This document shows positions 26,106 to 38,400 of a stretch of DNA of 64,000 bases, piece by piece. Origin of the DNA: an uncultured bacterium. GTDB taxonomy: Bacteria > Patescibacteriota > Patescibacteriia > CAIQCM01. A program made the position numbers and the translations under genes. Below the pieces are notes generated by a model that was not told the DNA's origin, searched no databases, and saw only the letters and a list, made by a program, of their open reading frames with translations. Each line of letters begins with the position of its first letter. Within the stretch, counting starts at the first letter, position 1. The stretch spans positions 779,537-843,536 of the forward strand of contig OY970181.1 of the NCBI GenBank assembly GCA_963708045.1. The letters are read 5' to 3'.

Positions 26106-27444
26106 GAAACTTTTGTTTGTTGCAGTTGTTGTTTCGTTTTTGGTGGGCATTTCAGAAAATACCTATGGACAAACAGCGGACTCTCCATACGCAAAGTGCC
26201 TAGGTAAAGATGTCGCCTTTCTATACTTTAACGGAATTCACAACGATCCAGCTGTAGCGACAGCAGCGCTTCACGAACTTAGGCGCATACACGGCACCAA
26301 GACTCCAGCTGGAGAGGTGATTGAGTATACGTTGATGTACAACCAAACAAATGGTTTTGCGGATGTTGTTGAGACATTTGAACAACGACTTCTTGAACAG
26401 AGCAAACTCTTGGCAGGAAGATTTGAATTGTTCTTTGAAGTGCTGAACGGAGATGGGCCATGGTGGAACAAAATTGTCGCCTCAATTCCGTCGGCGGCTA
26501 AGACATTGAACGGTATTGCTGACTGGTATCGAGCGGTTGTTAGCATTGTGCTGACAAAACTTTTTGGATACCCGCCAACCGCATTTGACTATGCTCTGCA
26601 TCGATCAATTATTGATAATAAGATTGATGTGGGGAGGAAGCTGCTACTTGTTGCTCACTCTCAAGGAAACTTGTTCGCTAACGTTGCGTATGATTACGCG
26701 AGGAAGCGGCTGGGTTCAAATTCAGTAAAAGTCGTTCATATTGCACCGGCTTCGTCGAGAATAATCGGGAGTCACACGCTTGCCAACCTTGACTTGATAA
26801 TTAACGGATTGCGTGTGACAGGAACGGTCGCGGACAACACCGATGACATCCCTGAATACAAATACAGACCGGCTGGTGTCAATGGGAAGAAGGATATCTT
26901 CGGGCATAATCTCATTGCGATCTACCTAAACCCATACTTGACGACGTCGTTACGAGTTAAGACCCACATTCAGGACGCTTTGGCTAGTCTGGTTTCTCCG
27001 CTAAATCGTGAGGCAATTGGTTTCTTCTCTGCTGCCCATTATAGGGCAACTGCATGTATGGCGGATCCAGCAACGTGCCATGGTATAGACTTAATAGGCG
27101 AGAAAGTAATCACCAACCCAGCTTCGTTGCCACACTGGCGAAGCTGCATGGACACCTACCGCACAGAGATTTCTAGTTCGCAATGGGATTATATAAAATC
27201 CTTCTGTGAATCTCAGATCAAGACGAGCAGTGGCGGATGGTTGCCCGTTAGCGTGAACTTTGATGGTAAGAAAGATGTTGGGTTACTGGGTGACGAAGAG
27301 TCCGGTTGGAATATGTGTGATCCACAGTTGATTTGTGGTGATGTGACCATTTCAATCTTCCCAAAGATGTGCGATGGCGTGAAAGATTGTCCCAATGGCG
27401 TGGATGAAGATCCTGTGCAGTGCCGCTTGCTCGGGAAGCATTGA
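26098..27444 (+). CDS. secreted alpha/beta-hydrolase (lipase/esterase-like, GHSxG nucleophile elbow) with a C-terminal LDL-receptor class A-like module
   Basis: Signal peptide 'MNKKLLFVAVVVSFLVGISENTYG'. 'LLLVAHSQGNLFANVAY' is a lipase-type nucleophile elbow. The C-terminal 'CGDVTISIFPKMCDGVKDCPNGVDEDPVQC' matches the LDLa calcium-cage consensus C-D-G-x-x-D-C-x-x-G-x-D-E...C. Confidence 0.6.
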   Translation: MNKKLLFVAVVVSFLVGISENTYGQTADSPYAKCLGKDVAFLYFNGIHNDPAVATAALHELRRIHGTKTPAGEVIEYTLMYNQTNGFADVVETFEQRLLEQSKLLAGRFELFFEVLNGDGPWWNKIVASIPSAAKTLNGIADWYRAVVSIVLTKLFGYPPTAFDYALHRSIIDNKIDVGRKLLLVAHSQGNLFANVAYDYARKRLGSNSVKVVHIAPASSRIIGSHTLANLDLIINGLRVTGTVADNTDDIPEYKYRPAGVNGKKDIFGHNLIAIYLNPYLTTSLRVKTHIQDALASLVSPLNREAIGFFSAAHYRATACMADPATCHGIDLIGEKVITNPASLPHWRSCMDTYRTEISSSQWDYIKSFCESQIKTSSGGWLPVSVNFDGKKDVGLLGDEESGWNMCDPQLICGDVTISIFPKMCDGVKDCPNGVDEDPVQCRLLGKH

Positions 27445-27642
27445 GCATTCCAGTAGAAATAATTCGTCAAGTAGTTTCGTTTCAAGCCCATGCGACCGAA
27501 TATGGTACATGGGCTTTTTTAATTCTCAAACGAGAAGGGGATATGACCCTTCGTTTTTTATGTATGGAACTAAATTGGAAGTGAAGTAGTTTGCATTAGA
27601 GATTTATTTAAGAGATTGTGCTAACATAAAAAAGATCTAATA

Positions 27643-28113
27643 ATGAATATTTCAAAAAATATGACGGCAATGCCGCGCGGCGAAAGCTCTGAAATTAATC
27701 AAGTTCCACCTCAGGAAAGTGCTGAGAATTTTTCATTGTCTAAACTGTTGGAATGCGTAAATGAACTGGCCGATCGGGATTATGAATTTTTGGAAACTCT
27801 TATTCAAGACGGGACGATTAAGGCCGGCGTTGCGGCAAAAGTCAGAAAAGCCACCGAAGCTTTACTGGACATAAAAAACGCCGCGGATAAAATCGGCACC
27901 CTCAAAAAATATATTCCAAATTTGGTTGATTTTATTTACGCGCGGTGCAAAGTGGATGATCTGATCGGGGAGAAGGGTGTCAATCCAAAGCTGAGCAGTG
28001 CCATCTATAATTTAGTAGACGCGGTTTATAAAGTTGCCTCGGATGATGTTCGTGCCAGCGCCAATGAGGCAATACTTAAAACTGTTGATGAAAATTTTTC
28101 GGTTGACGAATAA
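27643..28113 (+). CDS. hypothetical protein (156 aa)
   Basis: Clean ORF followed by a hairpin. No motif. Confidence 0.4.
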   Translation: MNISKNMTAMPRGESSEINQVPPQESAENFSLSKLLECVNELADRDYEFLETLIQDGTIKAGVAAKVRKATEALLDIKNAADKIGTLKKYIPNLVDFIYARCKVDDLIGEKGVNPKLSSAIYNLVDAVYKVASDDVRASANEAILKTVDENFSVDE

Positions 28114-28149
28114 AACGAAGGGGACATGACTCTTTGTTCTAATCATTTT

Positions 28150-29199
28150 TTATTTTGTAATCGGGTCGCCGATTTTATAGTTGGTAAAAAATACATCAGG
28201 AATATCTTCAACTTTTTTTGCCCAGACTGATCCGTAGTATTTAACGGCAATGGCGGTTGAAGATATCCAACGGAGAGTGCCGTTTTTGTCAACGGCGTAC
28301 ACCTTTGAATCGGTTTGAATTTTAACGAGCTTTACTCCTGGACGATAAGTTACATTTCCGCCCAAACTAATTTTTGCCATATCTTCGGGTGAAATTGTTT
28401 GAACGGTGGAGAAATCTTTGTACCACGTGGCGTAGGTGTTGGCGTTTGGAAAAACATAACGCCGACCGTCTTCGCCGCAATAATATACCGATGCATTTGT
28501 TGCCGTACGAATAAGCGAGCCAGACGCGCAATAAATAATTGTTGAAGGATTAACAACTAATCCTTTGTCGGCGTTAATGGATGGACTCATAGCCTCGGCG
28601 TCGGATACATTATAAGTATATATTTCTAGCGCGGCGTTTAAATATGGATATGGATTAATTGCGACGCTATCCTTAAGGCGGATTTCAAAATGAAGATGCG
28701 AAACGGTGGACTCGGCGTTTCCGGAGTCGCCAACCCAGGCAAGAAGTTGTCCTTGAATCACCGTCGCGCCCGCCTGAATGCCGGGCGCATAAGCATATTG
28801 CGTTCCGCCTGCGCCATCGTCGGTTCCCGGCGTGTCGTTATTAATGTGCACATAATTATATTCATAGCCATCGTCGCCGGCGATTGAAAGATAATATCCG
28901 TAATCCGGTTCGGTGGTTGGTGCAAAAGTAATCGTGCCGCCCCTAGCCGCGATAATCGGTGTCATTTTTGGCGCAATAAGATCGTTGCCGTAGTGCAGTC
29001 GCCCTGTGCTTGCTCCATCGTTAAAGTCGTCGGTAAAGCTCGCGCCTCCTTGAACTGGAAAGATGATACTAGGTGGTCCGGATATGGGAATTTCCGCCGT
29101 ATGGTGCCACCCAAAGTCGGAATAAGACTGCGCCTTAGCCAAAAACGGTGAAAACACGGCCGCAAAAATCAAAATAAATAAGACTATCTGTTTTTTCAT
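28150..29199 (-). CDS. secreted M23-family (LytM-like) peptidoglycan endopeptidase with an extra C-terminal domain
   Basis: Signal peptide 'MKKQIVLFILIFAAVFSPFLAKA'. M23 motifs 'HYGNDL' (HxxxD) and 'SHLHFE' (HxH). The track start (29220) lies 7 codons upstream of this ATG. Confidence 0.8.
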   Translation of the reverse strand: MKKQIVLFILIFAAVFSPFLAKAQSYSDFGWHHTAEIPISGPPSIIFPVQGGASFTDDFNDGASTGRLHYGNDLIAPKMTPIIAARGGTITFAPTTEPDYGYYLSIAGDDGYEYNYVHINNDTPGTDDGAGGTQYAYAPGIQAGATVIQGQLLAWVGDSGNAESTVSHLHFEIRLKDSVAINPYPYLNAALEIYTYNVSDAEAMSPSINADKGLVVNPSTIIYCASGSLIRTATNASVYYCGEDGRRYVFPNANTYATWYKDFSTVQTISPEDMAKISLGGNVTYRPGVKLVKIQTDSKVYAVDKNGTLRWISSTAIAVKYYGSVWAKKVEDIPDVFFTNYKIGDPITK

Positions 29200-29469
29200 A
29201 TACTTGTATCTTACACCCAAACCGGGACAGGACCGCTTATTGACGACATACTGGTATACTGCAAAACAATTCTCTGTGATTTGACTGACTAAGACGCCGT
29301 GAGTGAAAAATTCGCCAAGGCGTCTTTCTTAATTAAAAAATCGCCGGTTTATAAACCGATACTCTGACTTGTCCAGATATTTATCTTGAAGAGAGTGGAC
29401 GAAAATGTTATCTTAAGTAGTGAGCATCAATTAATCGAAAGCCGTATTTATTTGTACATCCAAGTTTCT

Positions 29470-32400
29470 ATGAAAAAAGTTTTTGGGACAATACTCTTGG
29501 TAGTCTTGGTGTTGGTGGGCTTCCTTGAACATGTTCCAAATGCTTCCGCTGCCGTGGACTGGGTTGCGTATAATGACGCCGGAGGGTCAGCCAATTTTGC
29601 ATCAACGGGAAATGTCACCAACTATAGTTTTACGCAAGCAAGCGCGGCTAATTTATTGAAATATGCCGATGGCACCAGCTCTGGCGTCACGGTTGCTTTT
29701 GCCGGAACCAACAATGGAGTGTACGCCGCTGCCGATGGTACTTACGCTAGTCCATACGTAACATCAAGCACGGATGCTTATAATGAATTAGTCGGCGGTG
29801 GAACGCCCATTATCAATTTGGGTTATGCCAGCCAAGTAACAACAACCAACACCATCACCATGACTTTGAGTGGTGTTTCGTCTGCCAAAACTTATGATTT
29901 GGTGATGTTTGGCGACCGTGGCAACAGTACCTATACGACCAGATACACCAAATACACCGTATCGGGCGTTCAAAGCGGGTTTGTGAACGCAAGTTCTACG
30001 GGCGCTACGAAAGCCACAACGACTTTGGCAAATGATTCAACATATTATTGTACAGGGTTCAACTATACTGCGGGTTATGTTGCAAAGTGGACCGGTTTGG
30101 TTCCGACAGGTACCACCATAACGGTCACTATTAAAGGGGTGGATGCAACCGGAGCGAGTGTCAGCATGACCGCTTATCTTAACGCCTTCAAGCTCACCCA
30201 AAATACCCCAACTTCTATCGTCGCGCCGACCGTTACGGCTTCGGCCGCGAGCACTATTACGGCGAACGGTGCTGACTTAAACGGTAATATCACTGTTGAT
30301 GGGGGAGAGTCCGCTACTGCAAGAGGTTTCCATTATGGTCTCACCGCTTCATACGGTTCAACTTCTACCACCTCCGGAACATACGGCACGGGCGCGTATT
30401 CGCAAACTATTTCCGGCTTAACTTGCAACACTCTTTACCATTACAGATCTTTTGCCACGAACTCGGGCGGCACCGGCACGTCGGCGGACGGCACTTTTAC
30501 CACCTCGGCGTGTTCCGCGCCGACCGTTACGGCTTCGGCTGCGAGCACTATCACGACCACTGGTGCTGATTTGAATGGTAATATCACGGCTGACGGCGGA
30601 GCCGCTCCTACCGCCAGGGGTTTTTATTATGGAACCACCGTTTCGTACGGCTCGACCTCTTCCACGACCGGCACATACACCACGGGTACATATTCCCAAA
30701 GCATTACTGGTTTAACCTGCAATACTCTTTATCATTATCAGGCCTTTGCTACTAACTCCGGTGGTACAGGGACCGCGACCGATGGAACCTTCACCACTGC
30801 GGCATGTCCTGTTGCGCCTACTGTTACAGCTTCAGCCGCTAGCTCGATTACGACTACTGGTGCGACCTTGACCGGCAACATTACCGCTACTGGTGGGGAA
30901 AATGCCACTGCAAGAGGTTTTCATTATGGAACCACTGTTTCATACGGTTCAACTTCTACCACTTCCGGTTCGTATGGCACTGGTGAATATACGCAAGACA
31001 TTACTGGCTTAACTTGCAACACTCTTTATCATTACCGATCTTTCGCCACTAACTCAGGCGGTACCGGCACCTCGTCGGACAACACCTTCACCACTGCGGC
31101 ATGTCCTGTTGCGCCAACTGTTACAGCTTCAGCTGCTAGCTCGATTACGACCACTGGCGCGACCTTGACCGGCAACATTACCGCTACTGGTGGGGAAAAT
31201 GCCACCGCAAGAGGTTTTCATTATGGACTCACCGCTTCATATGGTTCAACTTCTACCACTTCCGGTTCGTATGGCACTGGTGAATATACGCAAGACATTA
31301 CTGGCTTAAGCGCCAATACCATTTACCATTACAGGTCTTTTGCTACTAACTCGGGTGGCACCAGCACCTCTTCAGATAATACTTTCACCACCTCGGCTTA
31401 TTCGGTTCCCGGTGCCCCTACCAGCGCGGTCGCAACAGCCGGCAACACGCTAGCGTCCGTTGCTTTCACCGCCCCGGCATCGGACGGCGGCTCGCCCATC
31501 ACCGGCTACACCGTTACTTCAAGTCCGGGAAGTTTTACCGGCACAGGCGGCACTTCGCCGATCGTTGTTTCTGGTCTCACGAACGGCACGGCCTACACCT
31601 TTACGGTAACGGCGACGAATGTGGCTGGCACGGGTTCGGCTTCGACCGCCTCAAACTCGGTGACCCCGGCGCCCGCCGCGGGTTGGGTGGCGTATAACGA
31701 CGCTGGAGGATCGGGTACTTCGCCATCAACGGGCAATGTCACCAACGTCGCTTTTACGACGACGGCGGCAACTAATTTGGTGAAATATTCCGACAACACT
31801 AGTAGTGGTGTCACGGTTGCTTTTGCTAAAAGGGGTACCACTGGGACTTTTCAGTTGGGAGTCGCTGCCGAAGATACAGCTTCCAGCAACAGAGCATCTC
31901 CGTATGTAACATCTGGTACAGACGCCTACAATGAATTTGTCGGTGGGGGAACACCCATCATCAATTTGGGTTACGCGGGCCAAATAACGACAAACGGCAT
32001 TGTTGACATGACTTTGAGCGGCGTTTCGTCCGGTAAATCTTATGATTTAACGCTGGTGGCCTTGCGAGGTTATAACAACGCCAGTTATACAGGCAGGTAT
32101 ACGAAGACTATCGTATCGGGCGTCCAGGCAGGATTCACAAATGCCAGCTCGACCGGAACCACTATCACCACCACGACTTTGACGAACGATACCACGCGAT
32201 ATGTTGGGGGAGATAACTATGCGAACGGCTATGTTGCCAAGTGGACTGGTTTGGTTCCGACAGGCACCACCATATCCGTCTCATTTCAAGGTGTAGATTT
32301 GACTGGCGCAACCGGAGTAACCAACGCCCAAACCGCTTACCTTAACGCCTTCAAGCTCACCGAAAATGGTGCATCTTCAACAACTGTGCCGACCGTTACG

Positions 32401-35400
32401 GCCTCGGCCGCGACTTCGGTCACAGCTACCGGCGCCGCATTGAATGGCAATATCACAGCTGATGGCGGAGTCGCTCCGACCGCCAGAGGTTTTCATTATG
32501 GAACTACAGCTGCATACGGCTCGACCTCTTCCACGACCGGCACATATACCACGGGCACATATTCTCAAAGCATTACCGGCTTGACCTGCAATACCCTTTA
32601 TCATTACCGATCTTTTGCCACCAACTCGGCCGGTACCGCCACCTCGACGGACAGCACCTTCACCACCTCGGCGTGCTCCGCACCGGGAGCGCCGACCAGT
32701 GTTGTTGCGACAGGTGGCAATGCGCAAGCATCCGTCGCTTTCACGGCTCCGGCAAACGACGGTGGCTCGGCAATAACCGGCTACACCGTCACCTCAAGTC
32801 CGGGAAGTTTTACCGGCACAGGAAGTGCTTCGCCAATTGTCGTCACCGGACTCACGAACGGCACGGCATACACTTTCACAGTTACCGCGACGAATGCGAT
32901 CGGTACGGGTGCGGCTTCGACCCCCTCGAGTTCGATTACTCTGTCTACTGGAACAGGACCGCTCATTTCATCGGCGGCATCGCAGATGTTTTTGACGGGT
33001 AGTGCCGCGGCTGCGATTTCTACGATAACCGTAACCGACAATACTCTTACTCCGTACATAACGGCCGCTAACGACATCCGCATCAAAATTCCTTCTGGCT
33101 TCAACATGGTCTGGGATTCGACGGATACCGCCGCCACTATTGGTGGAGCGGCGTCAGCTCATGTATCGGGAACGGTTTCGTACGAAGACGCGGATAAGAC
33201 CCTGGTCATTAATGTCAGCGAAAATTTTGCTGTTAGCGACGTAATAACCATTTCCGGCCTGTCTTTCAAGACCTTCAGCGCGGCGTCCGTGGCCGATAAT
33301 TTGGAATTGGAGGTCAACAATGCCGGCACGACAATCGCCGTGGATGACAAGACGATTTCCATCACCGCAGTGACTGTTTCTTCTGCTGCTAACCAGACAT
33401 TTACCGTCGCAGATCCGACAACCGCGATGTCGCAAATTACCGTCACTGACAGCGCTTCGTCTCCGTATATAACGGCTACCAACGACATCAGGATCAAAAT
33501 TCCAGCCGGCCTCGACATGACTTGGGATGCAGCTGCTTTGGGAAGCGTTGTTATTGGCGGCGCAGCATCGGCCAAGATTAGCACCTCGGGAGGTCTTGAT
33601 TCGCCGTACACGCCGATCGTTAACTTGCACAGGGCGAACTTGCACGGGCATACCACGAATAGCGACGGCGCCCAGACGGCGTTCGGCCTACATGACTTCA
33701 TATTTGAACCTCGGTTATTCGGCGGCCGCCATCACTGATCACGATTATTTCACGCCCAACCCGAGCGTTTCTGGCATTACCCACGTGAGGGGTGTTGAGA
33801 ACACGGCCAATGCCGCCGGTGGAATGGGGGATATGGCTTCGTTTGGCATAACTTCATTTTTGTCGTCAAACAGGCAGACACAGGTCGATACCTATACGAG
33901 CCAAGGAGGTGTTTCTAGCGTCAACCATCCTATCACCGGTTGGACTAACGCCGGCACGGTGAATTTGAATGGCTACACAAATATGGAAGTCTTCAACTCC
34001 CATTACGGGGATTTGGAGCCGTATGTTGACTATGCGTTAAGCAACGGCAAACAGTTTTGGCTTGTTGCGAACGATGACCTTCATACTACTATTCAGATAT
34101 ACCGTGCTTGGAACGAGTTAAACAGCTCAAAGACCGTCGGAAACCTTACCGAAGCCGATGTCGTGAATATAATAAAAAGCGGCGATTTCTATGCTTATGG
34201 CAGAGGGGACAGAAGCAATGCTCCTGCTGCAGATCAACAGTACGGCAGTTTGCCGACCCCAGCTAAGTTTACGGGCATTACGGTGAGTGGTTACGCGGTT
34301 ACCGCTAATATCGATAAGAGCGCCAACATACAATTCATCACGAAAAACGGGACGATTTCGCAAACCAACAATAGTGTGACGACAGCCAGCTATACAGCGT
34401 CGCTCACTGATATTTATGTCAGGGTAAAGGTGTCCTACACTTCCGGGGGAAAAACCGCATACTCATTCAGCAACCCGATTTACATAACGGAGTCGGGCCC
34501 GGCGGCAGTTTCTTTGGAAGACAGCGGCAAGACGCTGGTCATCGATGTTGGAACTAACTTTGTTGCAGGTGACGCAATAACTATTTCGGGATTAAAATTC
34601 AACAACTTTACTACAGCGGGTTCCGGTAATTTGACCTTGTCGGTTAGCGGATCGGGAGCCACGGTAAATGACACTGACGACAAAACGATAACCATTGAAT
34701 CGGGATTACTGACCCCGACCGCTTCCATCACCAACACACCCCGGTCATACAACGGCTCGGCTCAAACCGCGACTGTCGCCTGTACAGGCGGAGGCACTGC
34801 CACGATCGCATCGGGCGGAACCGGAACTGATGCAGGGTCGTATGCGACCACGGTGAACTGCGCCGCGAGCGCTGGCTATGAAGCTGCGACAGGACTTTCA
34901 GCAGGAAACTTTGTTATCTCCAAAGCAACTCCAACTGCCTCCATCACCAACACACCCCGGTCATACAACGGCTCAGCTCAGACGGCGAACGTTGCTTGTT
35001 TAGGTGGAGGCGCCGCTACAATAAACACTGGCGGAACTGGCACCAATGCTGGTTCATACGCAACCACGGTTGATTGCGCCACGAGCACTAACTACTCCGC
35101 AGCAACAGGACTTTCAGCAGGGAACTTTGTTATTGAAAAAATAGCCCCTACTGCTTCCATCACTAATTCGTCTCAGCCATACACTGGCTCAGCGCAGACC
35201 GCGACTGTTGCTTGCTTGGGTGGAGGAACTGCCACGCTTGCGTCAGGTGGAACCGGAACTGATGCAGGTTCGTATGCAGCCACCGTCAACTGTGCCACGA
35301 GCACCAATTATTCCGCAGCTACGGGACTTTCAGCAGGAAATTTCGTTATTGAAAAAATAGCTCCGACTGCTTCTATCACCAACACGCCACGGTCATACAC

Positions 35401-38400
35401 CGGCTCAGCTCAGACGGCGAACGTTGCTTGTTTAGGTGGAGGCGCCGCTACAATAAACACCGGTGGAACTGGCACAAGCGCTGGTTCATACGCAACCACG
35501 GTTGATTGTGCCACGAGCACTAACTACTCTGCAGCAACAGGACTCTCAGCGGGAAATTTCGTTATTGAAAAAATAGCTCCAACTGCCTCCATCACCAACA
35601 CGCCTCAGTCATACAACGGCTCGTCGCAAACCGCGAACGTTGCTTGTTTAGGTGGAGGAACTGCCACGCTTGCCTCAGGTGGAACTGGAACTGATGCAGG
35701 ATCGTATGCAGCCACCGTCAACTGCGCCGCGAGCACCAACTACTCTGCAGCAACAGGACTTTCGGCAGGAAATTTCGTCATTGAAAAAATAACTCCAACT
35801 GCTTCCATCACCAACACGCCTCAGTCATACAACGGCTCGTCGCAAACCGCGAACGTTGCTTGTTTAGGTGGAGGAACTGCCACGCTTGCCTCAGGTGGAA
35901 CTGGAACTGATGCAGGTTCATACGCAACCACGGTTGATTGTGCTACGAGCACCAACTACTCTGCAGCAACAGGACTCTCGGCCGGAAACTTCGTCATTTC
36001 CAAAGCAACTCCGACTGCTTCCATCACCAACACGCCCCGGTCATACAATGGTTCAGCTCAAACCGCGACCGTCGCCTGTACGGGCGGAGGCGCCGCTACA
36101 ATAAACACCGGTGGAACTGGCACAAGCGCTGGTTCATACGCAACCACAGTTGATTGTGTTGCAAGCACAAACTACTCCGCCGCCACGGGACTTTCGGCGG
36201 GTGACTTCGTCATTTCCAAAGCAACTCCAACTGCCTCCATCACCAACACACCCCGGTCATACAATGGTTCAGCTCAAACCGCGACTGTTGCTTGTTTGGG
36301 TGGAGGTGCCGCTACAATAAACACTGGCGGAACTGGCACCAATGCTGGAACATACGCAACCATGGTTGATTGCGCCACAAGCACCAACTACTCTGCAGCC
36401 ACCGGACTTTCAGCAGGGAACTTTGTTATTGAAAAAATAGCTCCAACTGCTTCCATCACCAACACACCCCGGTCATACAATGGTTCAGCTCAAACCGCGA
36501 CTGTTGCTTGTTTGGGTGGAGGTGCCGCTACAATAAACACGGGTGGAACTGGCACCAATGCTGGAACATACGCAACCACGGTTGATTGCGCCACAAGCAC
36601 CAACTATAATGCCGCCACCGGATTATCGGCAGGCGACTTCGTAATCTCTAAGATTGCTCCTACCGCTTCCATCACCAATTCGTCTCAGCCATACACTGGC
36701 TCAGCGCAGACGGCGACTGTTGCTTGTTTAGGTGGAGGCGTTGCCACGCTTGCGTCAGGTGGAACTGGAACTGATGCAGGATCGTATGCAGCTATAGTTG
36801 ATTGCGCCACAAGCACCAACTACTCTGCAGCCACCGGACTTTCAGCAGGGAACTTTGTTATTGAAAAAATAGCTCCAACTGCTTCCATCACTAATTCGTC
36901 TCAGCCATACACTGGCTCAGCGCAGACTGCGACTGTCGCCTGTACAGGCGGAGGCGCCGCTACAATAAACACCGGTGGAACTGGCACAAGCGCTGGTTCA
37001 TACGCAACCACGGTTGATTGTGCCACGAGCACCAACTACTCCGCAGCAACAGGACTCTCGGCAGGAAATTTCGTTATTGAAAAAATAGCCCCAACTGCTT
37101 CCATCACTAATTCGTCTCAGCCATACACTGGCTCAGCGCAGACCGCGACTGTTGCTTGTTTAGGTGGAGGCGTTGCAACGCTTGCCTCAGGCGGAACCGG
37201 AACTGATGCAGGTTCGTATGCAGCCACCGTCAACTGCGCCGCGAGTACCAACTACAATGCCGCCACCGGATTATCGGCAGGCGACTTCGTAATCTCTAAG
37301 ATTGCTCCTACTGCCTCCATCACCAATTCGCCTCAGTCATACAACGGCTCAGCGCAGACTGCGACTGTCGCCTGTACAGGCGGAGGCGCCGCTACAATAA
37401 ACACCGGTGGAACTGGCACAAGCGCTGGTTCATACGCAACCACAGTTGATTGTGTTGCAAGCACAAACTACTCCGCCGCCACGGGACTTTCGGCGGGTGA
37501 CTTCGTCATTTCCAAAGCAACTCCAACTGCCTCCATCACCAACACACCCCGGTCATACAATGGTTCAGCTCAAACCGCGACTGTTGCTTGTTTGGGTGGA
37601 GGTGCCGCTACAATAAACACTGGCGGAACTGGCACCAATGCTGGAACATACGCAACCATGGTTGATTGCGCCACAAGCACCAACTACTCTGCAGCCACCG
37701 GACTTTCAGCAGGGAACTTTGTTATTGAAAAAATAGCTCCAACTGCTTCCATCACTAATTCGTCTCAGCCATACACTGGCTCAGCTCAGACCGCGACTGT
37801 TGCTTGTTTAGGTGGAGGCGTTGCCACGCTTGCGTCAGGTGGAACTGGAACTGATGCAGGATCGTATGCAGCTATAGTTGATTGCGCCACAAGCACCAAC
37901 TACTCTGCAGCCACCGGACTTTCAGCAGGGAACTTTGTTATTGAAAAAATAGCTCCAACTGCTTCCATCACTAATTCGTCTCAGCCATACACTGGCTCAG
38001 CGCAGACTGCGACTGTCGCCTGTACAGGCGGAGGCGCCGCTACAATAAACACCGGTGGAACTGGCACCAATGCTGGAACATACGCAACCATGGTTGATTG
38101 CGCCACAAGCACCAACTACTCTGCAGCCACCGGACTTTCAGCAGGGAACTTTGTTATTGAAAAAATAGCTCCAACTGCTTCCATCACTAATTCGTCTCAG
38201 CCATACACTGGCTCAGCTCAGAACCGCGACTGTTGCTTGTTTAGGTGGAGGCGTTGCCACGCTTGCGTCAGGTGGAACTGGAACTGATGCAGGATCGTAT
38301 GCAGCTATAGTTGATTGCGCCACAAGCACCAACTACTCTGCAGCCACCGGACTTTCAGCAGGGAACTTTGTTATTGAAAAAATAGCTCCAACTGCTTCCA

